A stretch of DNA of 64,000 nucleotides from Bacteroidales bacterium (GCA_049969475.1 JBMFOU010000020.1:110-64109), one strand, 5' to 3'; shown: positions 40,561 through 50,379, numbered from the stretch's first letter. Notes: a model not told the origin generated them from the sequence alone. Numbers and translations are program-made.

Positions 40561-40568
40561 TAAATTTG
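40561..40568 (+). promoter_or_regulatory. -7 promoter box (TAaaTTTG) for the che-like operon
   Basis: taaatttg, 23 nt upstream of ATG 40591. Confidence 0.5.
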
Positions 40569-40590
40569 CTACAAACGTTAAAATGTAATT

Positions 40591-40959
40591 ATGAGAATAC
40601 TGCTGGTTGACACATCCATACCCTTGTTAAACCGGCTTTCCCGCGCTTTAAAACGTCAGGGATGCCAGGCTGAAATAGCTGTGGCCAGCACGGCTTCCGA
40701 TGCATATGAAGAATTAGCCAGCAGTCCTTTTGATGTTGTGGTTTTCGACCTTTTCCTGCCTGATGACCCAGGGATGAAGTTTATACAGATTCTGAGCAAA
40801 GACTATCCCATGAGCACTCCACTCATTTATTCTTCTGACCTTAACCCTGATGTAGAAAAAATTTGCCGCTCGATGGGCGGAGCCTTTTTCTTTCGAAAAC
40901 CCGATGATCATGAAAAATTGATTCAAAAAATTTTAAACCTGGAAAACCGAATATCTTAA
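40591..40959 (+). CDS. Single-domain response regulator (REC) with atypical acidic pocket
   Basis: Phospho-Asp in VVVFDLFLPD and conserved FRKP Lys, but the N-terminal DD pair is D-T (LLVDTS). Confidence 0.8.
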   Translation: MRILLVDTSIPLLNRLSRALKRQGCQAEIAVASTASDAYEELASSPFDVVVFDLFLPDDPGMKFIQILSKDYPMSTPLIYSSDLNPDVEKICRSMGGAFFFRKPDDHEKLIQKILNLENRIS

Positions 40960-40962
40960 ACC

Positions 40963-41331
40963 ATGAAAAAAATTCTAATAACCGATGATTCGGCAACCAT
41001 GCGCAAAATGGTTATGGCAGCCTTGCGAATACTGCCGGATATATCGTTTTTAGAGGCATCCAACGGATTGGAAGCTTTGGAACTCATTGCTATCCATCGG
41101 CCCGATCTGGTGATTCTCGACATCAATATGCCCGATATGAACGGTATGGATGTGTTGCGATTTATCAGGAATCACCAGATTTTTTTCAAGATGCCGGTTA
41201 TTATGCTTACCACCCGTTCCGACGATGGCATCAAGTCTTCGGCTCTTGAAGCAGGGGCCACGATATATTTAACTAAACCATTTCAGCCCCAGAAGCTTAA
41301 AGAAGTGGTAGCACAACAGTTAAACCATTGA
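40963..41331 (+). CDS. cheY: CheY-like single-domain response regulator
   Basis: ILITDDS, LVILDINMPDMNG, MLTT, LTKPF. All canonical REC residues are present. Confidence 0.88.
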   Translation: MKKILITDDSATMRKMVMAALRILPDISFLEASNGLEALELIAIHRPDLVILDINMPDMNGMDVLRFIRNHQIFFKMPVIMLTTRSDDGIKSSALEAGATIYLTKPFQPQKLKEVVAQQLNH

Positions 41332-41334
41332 GCC

Positions 41335-41637
41335 ATGACGAGTCTTATTGAGGAGTTTGCTGATGATTTTTATGCCGAGGCCGATGAATAGCTGGGTTCG
41401 ATTCGAAAGTTGCTGCTTGAAGCAGAGCAGCATCCCCTGACTGCCGACCAGTTGCAGGCGCTCTTGAGAGCTTATCATACACTCAAAGGAATCTCGGGTA
41501 TGATGGGATTTTGATTTGTTGAAGAAATTTCCCACGACCTGGAAGCCTACCTTAAGAATCTTCAAAAACAAGGGAAGAATCTTGACAAGGACAATATTAC
41601 CTTTATTATCACTGGAACTTCGCTCATTGAATCCAAT
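41335..41637 (+). pseudogene. cheA: CheA Hpt (P1) domain coding segment, in frame with the downstream CheA ORF but interrupted by in-frame TAG (41389-41391) and TGA (41512-41514)
   Basis: My translation: MTSLIEEFADDFYAEADE*LGSIRKLLLEAEQHPLTADQLQALLRAYHTLKGISGMMGF*FVEEISHDLEAYLKNLQKQGK... The phospho-His motif HTLKG has its His codon at 41476-41478. Both 41335 and 41638 are congruent to 1 mod 3. ATG 41335 lies 3 nt after the cheY stop. Confidence 0.85.
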
Positions 41638-43332
41638 TTGAGCTCTAAAGGACAAGCCAACGAAGCGGATCTGGCATCATGGGGCGAATTGAAGGGGCGA
41701 CTTAAAGATTTGACTTTGGGTGAGAAGGTGGAAGATACAGCCAATTCTGCATCCCCCATGGCCAAAAAATTCAGAGTGGTTTTCGAATCATCGAAAGAAA
41801 ATTTTGAACAGAATATCACGGTAAATACGATTCGGGATATTTTAAGTGCACATTGTCAAATTCTTGAGGTTCATCCTATTACAGGTGAGAGTGACAGGTT
41901 ATTTTTTGAATTTATCGTATCTTCTGAATTGCCTTGCGACGAGCTGAGCAGAACTATGCCTGTTGCGGTCAAATGCGAAGCTTTGGAGGCTTTACCCACA
42001 GAGGGAGCTACCGTTGAAATAAATTCTTCCGGAGCAGGAAGTGCGTTTGTGGAGGCCAAAGAGAAGGTAGAATCGCCAGTAGGACGCGAAGAAAGGTCGG
42101 CTCTTAAAAGTGGCTTTGTTCGGGTTGACATCCATCGGTTGGAAGACCTGATGACCCTGATTGGAAATCTGGTAATTAGCCGCAGCAAGCTGGAAGAAGC
42201 CCTGCAGGTTTTGTCAAAAGAGGTAAAGGAGAATAAACTAAGATCATTGATTGAAATTAACCAACTGATGGAGCGTCAGTTGCGTAATCTGAGGGAAGGG
42301 GTCATGCGTGTACGCATGGTTCCTATTGCCGATGCTTTCGACCGCATGCAATACATAATTCAGGAAGCCTCGCGCAATTACAATCGTAAAATCCAGTTAC
42401 ATGTTGTTGGTAGGGAAACAGAAATCGATAAATATGTAGTGGAGCGCATGATCGATTCTTTGCTTCACCTGGTGCGAAATGCGGTGAGCCATGGTATTGA
42501 ACCCCCTGAAGAAAGGGTGAAGGCTGGTAAACCAGAAGTAGGAAATATTTATCTAAAGGCTTTTACTTCCGGCGATTCTGTTATTCTTGAGATTTCTGAC
42601 GATGGAAGAGGGATAGACCGACAGAAACTCATACGCAAAGGAATTGAGGCCGGAGTTCTGGCACCCAAAAACGAAGTAAGCGATGCTGAAATACTGGATA
42701 TCATGTGCAGACCAGGTATTTCAAGCAAAGATGAAGCAGATCGTTACAGTGGTAGAGGAGTAGGAATGGATGTGGTGCAGCGTACAATAATTGAATTGGG
42801 CGGTCAGCTCGATTTCAAGTCGGAACCCAATCAGGGGACCACTTTTATTATCCAGCTTCCGCTAACCATTGCTATTCTCGATGCACTCATCCTCCGGGTA
42901 GGAAACATGCGTTTTGCACTCCCTCAAACTATGGTCTCAGAAGTGATTCAGGTAGATCAAAACGATATAACCAGCATTGAAGGGAATCTCATCATTCCCT
43001 ACCGGAATCATGTGCTGGCAATCATCGATCTGATGGAATATTTCCATATAGGAGAGGGCGGCAGCGGAATGCGAAACGTGCTGGTGTGCAGCAGTGGTTC
43101 AAGGCTGGCCGGCCTGATGGTGGACAAAGTAGAAGGAATAAGGGAAATTGTGGTACGAACCATCACCGACCCACTGGTCTCGGTTCCGGGTATTTCTGGG
43201 GCTACCGAGCTAGGCGACGGCAAGCTGATTCTTATTATCGATGCTAACGCACTCATAAAACATGTAGTTCAAATCCGTCAGAAAAGTGCAAGGAAAATTG
43301 AAGGTTTACCTAATTTATTGAAAAATGAGTAA
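41638..43332 (+). CDS. cheA: Chemotaxis histidine kinase CheA core (dimerization, HATPase, CheW-like P5). The longest stop-free part of the gene.
   Basis: H-kinase dimerization region VRVDIHRLEDLMTLIGNLVI, N-box HLVRNAVSHGIE, G1 DDGRGID, G2 GRGVGMDVV, C-terminal CheW-like domain. The M at 41638 is a TTG picked by the ORF caller and is not a supported start. Confidence 0.9.
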   Translation: MSSKGQANEADLASWGELKGRLKDLTLGEKVEDTANSASPMAKKFRVVFESSKENFEQNITVNTIRDILSAHCQILEVHPITGESDRLFFEFIVSSELPCDELSRTMPVAVKCEALEALPTEGATVEINSSGAGSAFVEAKEKVESPVGREERSALKSGFVRVDIHRLEDLMTLIGNLVISRSKLEEALQVLSKEVKENKLRSLIEINQLMERQLRNLREGVMRVRMVPIADAFDRMQYIIQEASRNYNRKIQLHVVGRETEIDKYVVERMIDSLLHLVRNAVSHGIEPPEERVKAGKPEVGNIYLKAFTSGDSVILEISDDGRGIDRQKLIRKGIEAGVLAPKNEVSDAEILDIMCRPGISSKDEADRYSGRGVGMDVVQRTIIELGGQLDFKSEPNQGTTFIIQLPLTIAILDALILRVGNMRFALPQTMVSEVIQVDQNDITSIEGNLIIPYRNHVLAIIDLMEYFHIGEGGSGMRNVLVCSSGSRLAGLMVDKVEGIREIVVRTITDPLVSVPGISGATELGDGKLILIIDANALIKHVVQIRQKSARKIEGLPNLLKNE

Positions 43333-43780
43333 CTCAACGGTTCAGACTGATTCATACATACTTTTTCAATTGGGAGACAATCATTTTGCTTTGCCCAGTG
43401 TAGTCGTGAAGCAACTTGATATGGTAGAATCCATTACCCCTATCCCTGGTGCGCCTTTTTATGTTGAAGGGATTGTTTTTAGCCGGGGCCTGGTGATTCC
43501 AGTGGTTAACCTGCGACTGAGGCTGGGTATGGAATACAAGCAGCCCGATATGCGTTCACGTATGATTATCATTTACAGCCACAATCGACATATAGGTTTG
43601 ATTGTGGACTCAGCCCGCGATTTTGTGCACTTGCAGGCTGACTCTATCCTTCCCCCTCCTGAAAATGTAGCCGGACTCTCGGGAAATTACCTTATGGGTA
43701 TAGCCCACCTCAAAGACCGCTTGGTTATTGTGCTTAATGTGGATGCTTTAATGAATGAAGAAGTTACTGATAATAAATAA
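43325..43780 (+). CDS. cheW: Coupling protein CheW
   Basis: 151 aa. [21 protein letters not shown]...[23 protein letters not shown]. The ATG overlaps the cheA stop (ATGAGTAA). Confidence 0.9.
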   Translation: MSNSTVQTDSYILFQLGDNHFALPSVVVKQLDMVESITPIPGAPFYVEGIVFSRGLVIPVVNLRLRLGMEYKQPDMRSRMIIIYSHNRHIGLIVDSARDFVHLQADSILPPPENVAGLSGNYLMGIAHLKDRLVIVLNVDALMNEEVTDNK

Positions 43781-43793
43781 ATCTAAGGTGAAT

Positions 43794-45875
43794 ATGCTCT
43801 GGAATTCGAAAAAACGCAAAACAAATACAGTTATGAATGAAAAAATGAAAGAGACAGGGATTTCTGCTGAGGTAAGAGAGACCCTGAATGTTTACATACG
43901 TTCGCTCTTGAGCCATGTTACGGGCTTGGAAGAAAAGACCGAACGGGTAGTGAAAGGTGCCGAAGACCAGGTGAAAGCCATTGACAATCTGTTGAGTGGT
44001 CAGAATCAGGCGGCAGCCACGCTTAAAGAAAATGCTGAACAGGCCGAGTCGATTGCCGTTTCGGCCGAGGAAATGCTCAGTGGTATTAATGAAATAGCAG
44101 CCTCTGTTGAGCAAATCAGTTCAGGAGCCAAAGTTCTGGATACTGCTACCGAGGAGGTAGCCAATGCTACAACGGAATCCGTGGCCGGAACCCAGCAAGT
44201 TGCGCAGGGTGCTCTCGAGATGTCAGCCTCGGCCCAGGAACTGGCCGCTTCAATGACTGAACTATCGGCTTCCTTTAGAAGCGTTGGCGAAGACACCCAA
44301 GTGCTAATAGGAAACATTGATGGAGTAGCAACCGCCATCGAACAAATTGGAAAAACTACCGACAACCTCGCCCAGAATTCGCTCGATTTAGCCTCTGCCG
44401 CCGAACAAAGCACTTCTGCCATCAACGAAATGGCTTCTGCCATAGAAGAGGTAACAGCCACTACCGAACATCTATCTGCCAATATCGAAAAGGTTGCTTC
44501 AGCAAATGAAGAACTTGCAAGAAGTTTTGAAAGCGTCTCGCAGTCCGTTAAAATTATCAGTTCAGCCAACGACAATGCGGCGACAAGCGCCACACAGCTC
44601 GATGCCAGCTCCCGGTCGGTGGCTTCCATGGCCTCACAGGCCAAAGAATTCAGCTCGTTAATGAAGCAAAGAACCACCGAGGGTATTGATCTGGCGCAGA
44701 AATCCATTCAGGGATTGTTTAAGGTCAAGGAATCGTTTACGGCTACTTCTTCCGTTATCAAAGAGTTAGGACGTCGATCCTCAGAAATAAGTAGTATTGT
44801 AGATACCATCAATCTCATTTCTGAACCTACGAATCTTCTGTCGCTCAATGCTTCCATAGAGGCAGCCAGGGCAGGTGAGGCAGGCAGAGGATTTGCGGTA
44901 GTGGCCGAGGAGATACGCAATCTGGCCGATAGAGCAGCCAAAGCTACTGCTGATATTGCAGCTATTATTCGTTCGTTTCAGGAGATTACACAGGAAGCAG
45001 TTTCTTCAACCAGTGAGGGCTTACGTATTGTGGATGAAGGAACTCACCTGGCTGATGAAAGTTTAAAAGGGTTGAATGTAATCAAAGAAGCCATTGAGCA
45101 AACCAACCAGGTTATTGGGCAGGTGGCCAAAGCATCGGATGAACAGATGGCTGCTTCTGCCAATGTTATGAAGCTGGTCAAGGAAACCTCTGAAAAGACC
45201 CGTGATGTAGTAAGAGCTATTGAGGAACAAACTTTGGGGTCGAAAGAAATTGCTACCAGTATGGCTACCATGCGCACTTCAGCCAAACAGGTTGCTCAAA
45301 GCATGGCCGAGCAAGGCAAAGCTGCCCGCGAAATTATTCGGGCCGCCCAAGCTACCTCTCAGCTGGCTGTGCATCTTAAGAATGCCTCCGCCGAGCAAAG
45401 CAAAGCAGTTCAGCTTATTACCCAAAATACCTCCAGCGTCCAGAAAATGGCTCAAAAAACAGCTAAAGCTATTCAGGAGCAGATATTGGCTGGTGATCAG
45501 GTGGCTAAAGAAGTGGTAAGGCTTGAGAAAATTATTTCTGCCACATCCAAGGCCATGAATGAACAATCGGTAGCCGCTAACCAAATTTCACACTCTATAG
45601 AAAATATCCGCAAACATGCACGCCAGACGGCTTCAGCGCTTGCTGAGCAATCGAAGGCTATCCATGAAATGAGTTTGGCAACCCAGAGTATTAGCCGTCA
45701 AATAGCCCAACTTTCGAAGGCAAATAAAGAACATGTTAAAGTTAACGAGGACGCCCTGAATAGACTGGCTGAAATCAGACGAATTACTGATCGCAACTCT
45801 TCAGAAGCCCGCGAAAGTCTTTCCATCTTACAAATTATAAGAGAAAAAGCCGCTGAACTGGATAGGCTTATCTAA
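43794..45875 (+). CDS. Soluble methyl-accepting chemotaxis protein consisting only of an unusually long, internally repetitive signalling hairpin
   Basis: Tip motif [35 protein letters not shown]. No hydrophobic segment, HAMP or sensor domain. ATG 43794 (after the cheW stop) preferred over 43755. 28-residue periodicity throughout. Confidence 0.85.
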   Translation: MLWNSKKRKTNTVMNEKMKETGISAEVRETLNVYIRSLLSHVTGLEEKTERVVKGAEDQVKAIDNLLSGQNQAAATLKENAEQAESIAVSAEEMLSGINEIAASVEQISSGAKVLDTATEEVANATTESVAGTQQVAQGALEMSASAQELAASMTELSASFRSVGEDTQVLIGNIDGVATAIEQIGKTTDNLAQNSLDLASAAEQSTSAINEMASAIEEVTATTEHLSANIEKVASANEELARSFESVSQSVKIISSANDNAATSATQLDASSRSVASMASQAKEFSSLMKQRTTEGIDLAQKSIQGLFKVKESFTATSSVIKELGRRSSEISSIVDTINLISEPTNLLSLNASIEAARAGEAGRGFAVVAEEIRNLADRAAKATADIAAIIRSFQEITQEAVSSTSEGLRIVDEGTHLADESLKGLNVIKEAIEQTNQVIGQVAKASDEQMAASANVMKLVKETSEKTRDVVRAIEEQTLGSKEIATSMATMRTSAKQVAQSMAEQGKAAREIIRAAQATSQLAVHLKNASAEQSKAVQLITQNTSSVQKMAQKTAKAIQEQILAGDQVAKEVVRLEKIISATSKAMNEQSVAANQISHSIENIRKHARQTASALAEQSKAIHEMSLATQSISRQIAQLSKANKEHVKVNEDALNRLAEIRRITDRNSSEARESLSILQIIREKAAELDRLI

Positions 45876-45890
45876 TACATTGATGACATT

Positions 45891-48461
45891 ATGAATCAGA
45901 TAGGTGCTTCCCAAAATAATTACAATGAACCCCAGGGGGTAGGTGTGGCCTCGCTCAATCTACTCTATGAGGTTGTTTACTGGAACGATAACATGCGAAG
46001 TATTACCGGGCTGAGCGAAGCTGAGGTAAAAGGGAAACACATTGAGGATATTCTCCCGGGTTTCAAGAGTCCACTTATGCGCAGGAGGATGGATAATTGT
46101 GTGCGAAACGGAGTGGTGGAATTCATTAGCGGAGTCCTCAATTCCCGACTTTTTATTCGGCCCGGATCTGATTCTGAGGCTCTGAAAGACTTTATGCTAA
46201 CCCTGGCACCCCTTCGTATAGAGGAGGAAGAGTCGGTGGGAATGATTTTGATTCTGGAGGTTACAGGACAGGGCCAAAGAGAGAAGACTGACGAAGCCCA
46301 ATCCGTGAGTTGTCCGTATGAGGCGCTCGATACGGCTCAATTGGTGGAAGATTTGATACATCGCCATCACAATCCGGCTTTGCTTTCATCGGTGCTCGCT
46401 CTTCTCACAACAGCTACCGGTAACCTGGTACCTATGCTGGTAGAATTACTGGAAAAATCTGATGCAGACCTGAAAATATATGTTTTGCAGACCCTGGGCG
46501 AAAGAGGCGACAACGAGGCTATTCCGGCCATCATTAAATCCCTCGACGATCCCGACCCTAATGTTAAATACCATGCTATAGAAGCTTTGGGCAAACTAAA
46601 GGCTGTAGAATGTGTCAACCAACTGGTTTCCATAGCTTTCAGTGATGATTACTTCCTTTCTTCAGCTGCTATCATGGCCCTGGCACTTATGGGTGACGCA
46701 ATGGTGTATCCTTCCCTGCGTTTGCTTTGGAAAAATGAAATGCTAACCGATGCCATGATTTCGCTGGCCTCTGCCTGTGGAACTGTGGAAGCGGTTACTG
46801 ATTTGTGTACCGTTATTAATCAGAATCCTTTATATACGGCGGAAGCAGCCCAAGCGCTGGCAAAAATATTATCAGGTCATCGTCTTCCTTTGACTGCCAC
46901 CCCTCACGAAAAGTTAATCTCAAAGTTGATTGATGCCACAGGGGCGCAAAACTTACTTCGGGTGGCAGAGCAGGCACCAGAAGATAAACTTCCTGCATTA
47001 TTGCGAATTCTGGCTTTGCTGGATTACCCTTCGGTTGACAAGTTTTTGATCAGGGTGATTGGGAACCCTCAGGTAAAGGAGGTAGTGATTGAGGGTTTAG
47101 TAAAAAAAGGTGACCGTTTGATGCCGGCTTTGGCTCAACTCATAGAGAGCGGCGACGAATCGGAGCGCTCCGCCGCTATTATCACGTTGGGACGCATTGG
47201 TAACTCGGCAGCATTGCCTTATCTTGTAAAGGCCCTCAATGATGAGCCTCAGTTAGCTATACTTGCTGCCGGGGCCCTGGCTAAAATCGGCGACCGCGCT
47301 GCCTTCGAACCCCTGATAGCCAATTTGGGTCATCCCGATCCCCTGGTTCGCAGAGCTGCAATTTCAGCCCTGAATAGCATAGGTCATCCGCAGATGGAAG
47401 CAGTTATCTTCAGACTTCTGGATGATCCTGATCCTTTGGTACGTGAGTCGGCTATCAAAATTGCCGGTTATTTTGGATATCCTTCCTGCGCCCCAAAAGT
47501 CGTCAGTGCTTTATATGATTCCGATAACCTCGTTCTCGCAGCAGCGATTGAGGCTTTGCCTTTTTTCGACCTGGAGAATGCTGAAAAATTACTCACTGGG
47601 TTGTTTCATACGTCCAATGCACGCATTAGGTCGCAGATTGCCAAGTCGGCAGCTTTCCTGGAGCCTGAAATGGCCTTGCCCATTCTGCGTCTTGCCCTCT
47701 CTGACCTTGATCCCTGGGTGCGAACCTTTGCGTTGCGAAGTGTATCGAGACAGGGGCTTAAAGAATTTCATCCCATATTAAAAGAAATTCTTGAGGGCGA
47801 CCATCCTCCTTTTCTTTATGCGGCAGCCATGGAAGCAGTCGGAGCCTTACAGCTCGTGGAGTTTATGCCATTGCTCAAGCAGTATGCTCAAAGCAGTAAT
47901 CTTGACCTTGCCGGCGCTGCCATTAATGCACTTGCTGACCTGGGTATGGAGGAAGCGCTTAATCACTTACTTGAAATGCTTCCGGGAGTCGACGCCGAAC
48001 TAAAAAAATATCTTATACAGGTGCTTCGTCATTTCAATCATAATGCTGTGGTCGATCAACTCGTTGTTCTGGCTTCGGCCTCTCACGATGAAGCGCTCCG
48101 GCAGGCATGTATTGAAACCCTTTCAATCCTGGATACCCCACATGCGTATCTTGGTTTGCTCAAGCTTATTAGAATTCCAGCATGTCAAACCGGCACGATT
48201 GAGGCACTCATTGCTAAAAAGAAACACTATCCGGAGCTTATCTGGCAGTTTGGTCAGATGAGTGTTGAAAATCGCCTGCTCCTGGTGAGCCTTTTACAGC
48301 ACCTGCCCCTTGCCATGTTCCGCGACATTTTGGTAAGATATGCATCGGATGAAGACTTTAGGGTAAGAAATCATTACCATATGCTACTTACGGAGCTTGA
48401 TCTGCTCATGGCACTCGAGGATTCTGTTACGGGCAATAAGACCGGTCATCGAGAAAATTAA
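45891..48461 (+). CDS. PAS domain + HEAT-repeat (PBS-lyase-like) protein
   Basis: N-terminal ~120-aa PAS-like fold, then many HEAT-like units with a D(P/L)DPxVRxxAxxALG signature (DPDPNVKYHAIEALGKL, HPDPLVRRAAISALNSIG, DPDPLVRESAIKIAG, DLDPWVRTFALRSV). Confidence 0.8.
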   Translation: MNQIGASQNNYNEPQGVGVASLNLLYEVVYWNDNMRSITGLSEAEVKGKHIEDILPGFKSPLMRRRMDNCVRNGVVEFISGVLNSRLFIRPGSDSEALKDFMLTLAPLRIEEEESVGMILILEVTGQGQREKTDEAQSVSCPYEALDTAQLVEDLIHRHHNPALLSSVLALLTTATGNLVPMLVELLEKSDADLKIYVLQTLGERGDNEAIPAIIKSLDDPDPNVKYHAIEALGKLKAVECVNQLVSIAFSDDYFLSSAAIMALALMGDAMVYPSLRLLWKNEMLTDAMISLASACGTVEAVTDLCTVINQNPLYTAEAAQALAKILSGHRLPLTATPHEKLISKLIDATGAQNLLRVAEQAPEDKLPALLRILALLDYPSVDKFLIRVIGNPQVKEVVIEGLVKKGDRLMPALAQLIESGDESERSAAIITLGRIGNSAALPYLVKALNDEPQLAILAAGALAKIGDRAAFEPLIANLGHPDPLVRRAAISALNSIGHPQMEAVIFRLLDDPDPLVRESAIKIAGYFGYPSCAPKVVSALYDSDNLVLAAAIEALPFFDLENAEKLLTGLFHTSNARIRSQIAKSAAFLEPEMALPILRLALSDLDPWVRTFALRSVSRQGLKEFHPILKEILEGDHPPFLYAAAMEAVGALQLVEFMPLLKQYAQSSNLDLAGAAINALADLGMEEALNHLLEMLPGVDAELKKYLIQVLRHFNHNAVVDQLVVLASASHDEALRQACIETLSILDTPHAYLGLLKLIRIPACQTGTIEALIAKKKHYPELIWQFGQMSVENRLLLVSLLQHLPLAMFRDILVRYASDEDFRVRNHYHMLLTELDLLMALEDSVTGNKTGHREN

Positions 48462-48463
48462 CT

Positions 48464-49321
48464 ATGCGTTTTTATCGGGAATCTCTAGGTCTGAGTGACA
48501 GTGCTTTTACTATTTTACGCGATCTCATTCACGAGCGCACAGGTATTTATTTCGACGAGATGCGCCGCGACATGTTGGCAGACAAACTCTCTGGAAGAGT
48601 TATTGAGCTGGGGTTTAATAGCTTCCTCGATTATTATTATTTCCTGAAATACGATCCCGCAGGGGAATCCGAGTTTAAGGTAATTTTTAATCTTATTACA
48701 GTTAATGAAACCTACTTTTTCAGGGAAATGCATGCGCTGGAGGCTATTGTGTACCATCTGGTACCCCTGCTTAAAAATCACCTCAACGGAGGAACTTTGC
48801 GCATTTGGAGTGCAGCCTGTAGCAGTGGGGAAGAACCTCTTACCATTGCAATAATGCTAAAAGAAGCGGGGCTATGGGACCCAACTATAGAAATCATAGG
48901 AACTGATGCTTCGAGCCTGGCCCTTGGAAAAGCCATTAAGGGCCTATACAGCGAGCGATCATTCAGAGCCACATCCAACGAAATACGTAAAAAATATTTT
49001 AAACTTACTGAAAATGGATTGTATCAAATAGCGCCTGAAATTCACCAGAGTATTCGTTGGGCGGTGGTAAACCTTAAAGAAGCGTTTCAGGTACGGCCTT
49101 TTGCTGCCAGCCACATCATACTGTGCCGCAATGTATTTATTTACTTCTCAAGTTCTGTAATTCAAGAGGTCGTGGAAAATTTTTATAAATTTATGCCTGA
49201 GATCGGTTATTTGGTAGTAGGTGTATCTGAATCTCTGCTCAAATACCCCATTCCTTTCGAGATGGTAGATGTAAATGGGGCACTTCTTTATGCTAAAAAT
49301 CATAAAAATCTGAATAAATGA
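48464..49321 (+). CDS. cheR: Chemotaxis protein methyltransferase CheR
   Basis: N-terminal helical CheR_N domain, VNETYFFRE, SAM-binding IWSAACSSGEEPLTIA, ILCRNVFIYF. Confidence 0.92.
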   Translation: MRFYRESLGLSDSAFTILRDLIHERTGIYFDEMRRDMLADKLSGRVIELGFNSFLDYYYFLKYDPAGESEFKVIFNLITVNETYFFREMHALEAIVYHLVPLLKNHLNGGTLRIWSAACSSGEEPLTIAIMLKEAGLWDPTIEIIGTDASSLALGKAIKGLYSERSFRATSNEIRKKYFKLTENGLYQIAPEIHQSIRWAVVNLKEAFQVRPFAASHIILCRNVFIYFSSSVIQEVVENFYKFMPEIGYLVVGVSESLLKYPIPFEMVDVNGALLYAKNHKNLNK

Positions 49322-50379
49322 ATCATAATCCAGAAAAGATCATCCGGGTACTGGTCGTCGACGATTCGGCATACATACGCAAGGTCATGCGGCAGATGCT
49401 CGACAAAAGTCCATTTATTGAGGTGGTGGGAACCGCTATCAATGGATTGGATGCTTTGGAGAAGGTTGAATTACTGGATCCCGATGTTATCACCCTCGAC
49501 CTGATAATGCCCGAGATGGACGGGGTGAGCTTTCTCAAAGAGTTGATGAAGCGAAAGCCTAAACCGGTTGTAGTGGCCAGTATTGCCAGCGAAAGCGGTG
49601 AGTTGGCTATGGCTGCCATGGAGGCCGGAGCCATTGAATTCATTCAGAAACCTACGGCCCTGGCTACTGAGAAAGTTTTTGAGATTTCCAGTGAACTGAT
49701 AGAGAAAGTGAAAAGTGCAGCCCAGGCACGTTTAATCCCCGCTGAAAAGGAAAGGGTGTCAGTTTTACCCGGAGAAATTCCTGGCTTTGAGCGCGAACGT
49801 CTTGCTTTCGATATAGTTGTGATAGGTGTATCTACCGGAGGCCCCCAGGCTTTGAAATCCATCATTCCCCTGATGCCGGCCGATTTTCCGGTTCCTGTGT
49901 GTGTTGTAATGCATATGCCGGTAGGATATACCAGTCTCTACGCACAGAAGCTCAACGAAATATCTGCAGTTGAGGTGCTCGAAGCCAGCGTAGGGATGCA
50001 GCTTTTGCCGGGCCGCGTAATTTTGGGGCAGGCGGGTGAACATTTTGGAATCAAGCGATTGCCTGGAGGTGAAGCGGTAGTAACCTTCCCCAGCGAACCC
50101 ACCGAAAGTATTCACAAACCTTCTGTCAACGTACTTTTCCGTTCAGCAGCCGAAGTTTTTGGACAAAGGGTGCTTGGAGTGGTAATGACAGGCATGGGAA
50201 ACGATGGACAGGAAGGCGCAGCATGGATAAAAGCCAGAGGAGGAAAAATCATTACCCAGGATGAAGATTCCTGCGTAGTATACGGAATGCCTCGCTCAGT
50301 GTTAGAGGCAGGCCTTTCCGATAAAGTAGTTCCATTAAACCAAATGTTAAACACCCTAATTAAAGAACTGTTGCTATGA
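49318..50379 (+). CDS. cheB: Protein-glutamate methylesterase CheB (REC + methylesterase)
   Basis: REC (VLVVDDS, VITLDLIMPEMDG). Catalytic Ser in GVSTGGP, His in VMHMP, Asp in GMGNDG. ATGA overlap with cheR. Confidence 0.92.
   Translation: MNHNPEKIIRVLVVDDSAYIRKVMRQMLDKSPFIEVVGTAINGLDALEKVELLDPDVITLDLIMPEMDGVSFLKELMKRKPKPVVVASIASESGELAMAAMEAGAIEFIQKPTALATEKVFEISSELIEKVKSAAQARLIPAEKERVSVLPGEIPGFERERLAFDIVVIGVSTGGPQALKSIIPLMPADFPVPVCVVMHMPVGYTSLYAQKLNEISAVEVLEASVGMQLLPGRVILGQAGEHFGIKRLPGGEAVVTFPSEPTESIHKPSVNVLFRSAAEVFGQRVLGVVMTGMGNDGQEGAAWIKARGGKIITQDEDSCVVYGMPRSVLEAGLSDKVVPLNQMLNTLIKELLL

Noticed and set aside
41389-41514. The idea that the cheA in-frame TAG and TGA encode pyrrolysine and selenocysteine, or reflect an alternative genetic code.
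   Set aside because: Both codons terminate well-conserved neighbouring genes at the expected positions. I could find no SECIS-like hairpin immediately 3' of the TGA. No pyl or sel genes or suppressor tRNAs are in the window, and Hpt domains have no known Sec or Pyl positions.
44006-44941. 233-aa and 77-aa minus-strand ORFs inside the MCP gene.
   Set aside because: They are antisense of Ala/Ser/Glu-rich coiled-coil coding sequence (GCN and GAR codons read as Ala/Ser on the other strand), a classic shadow ORF.
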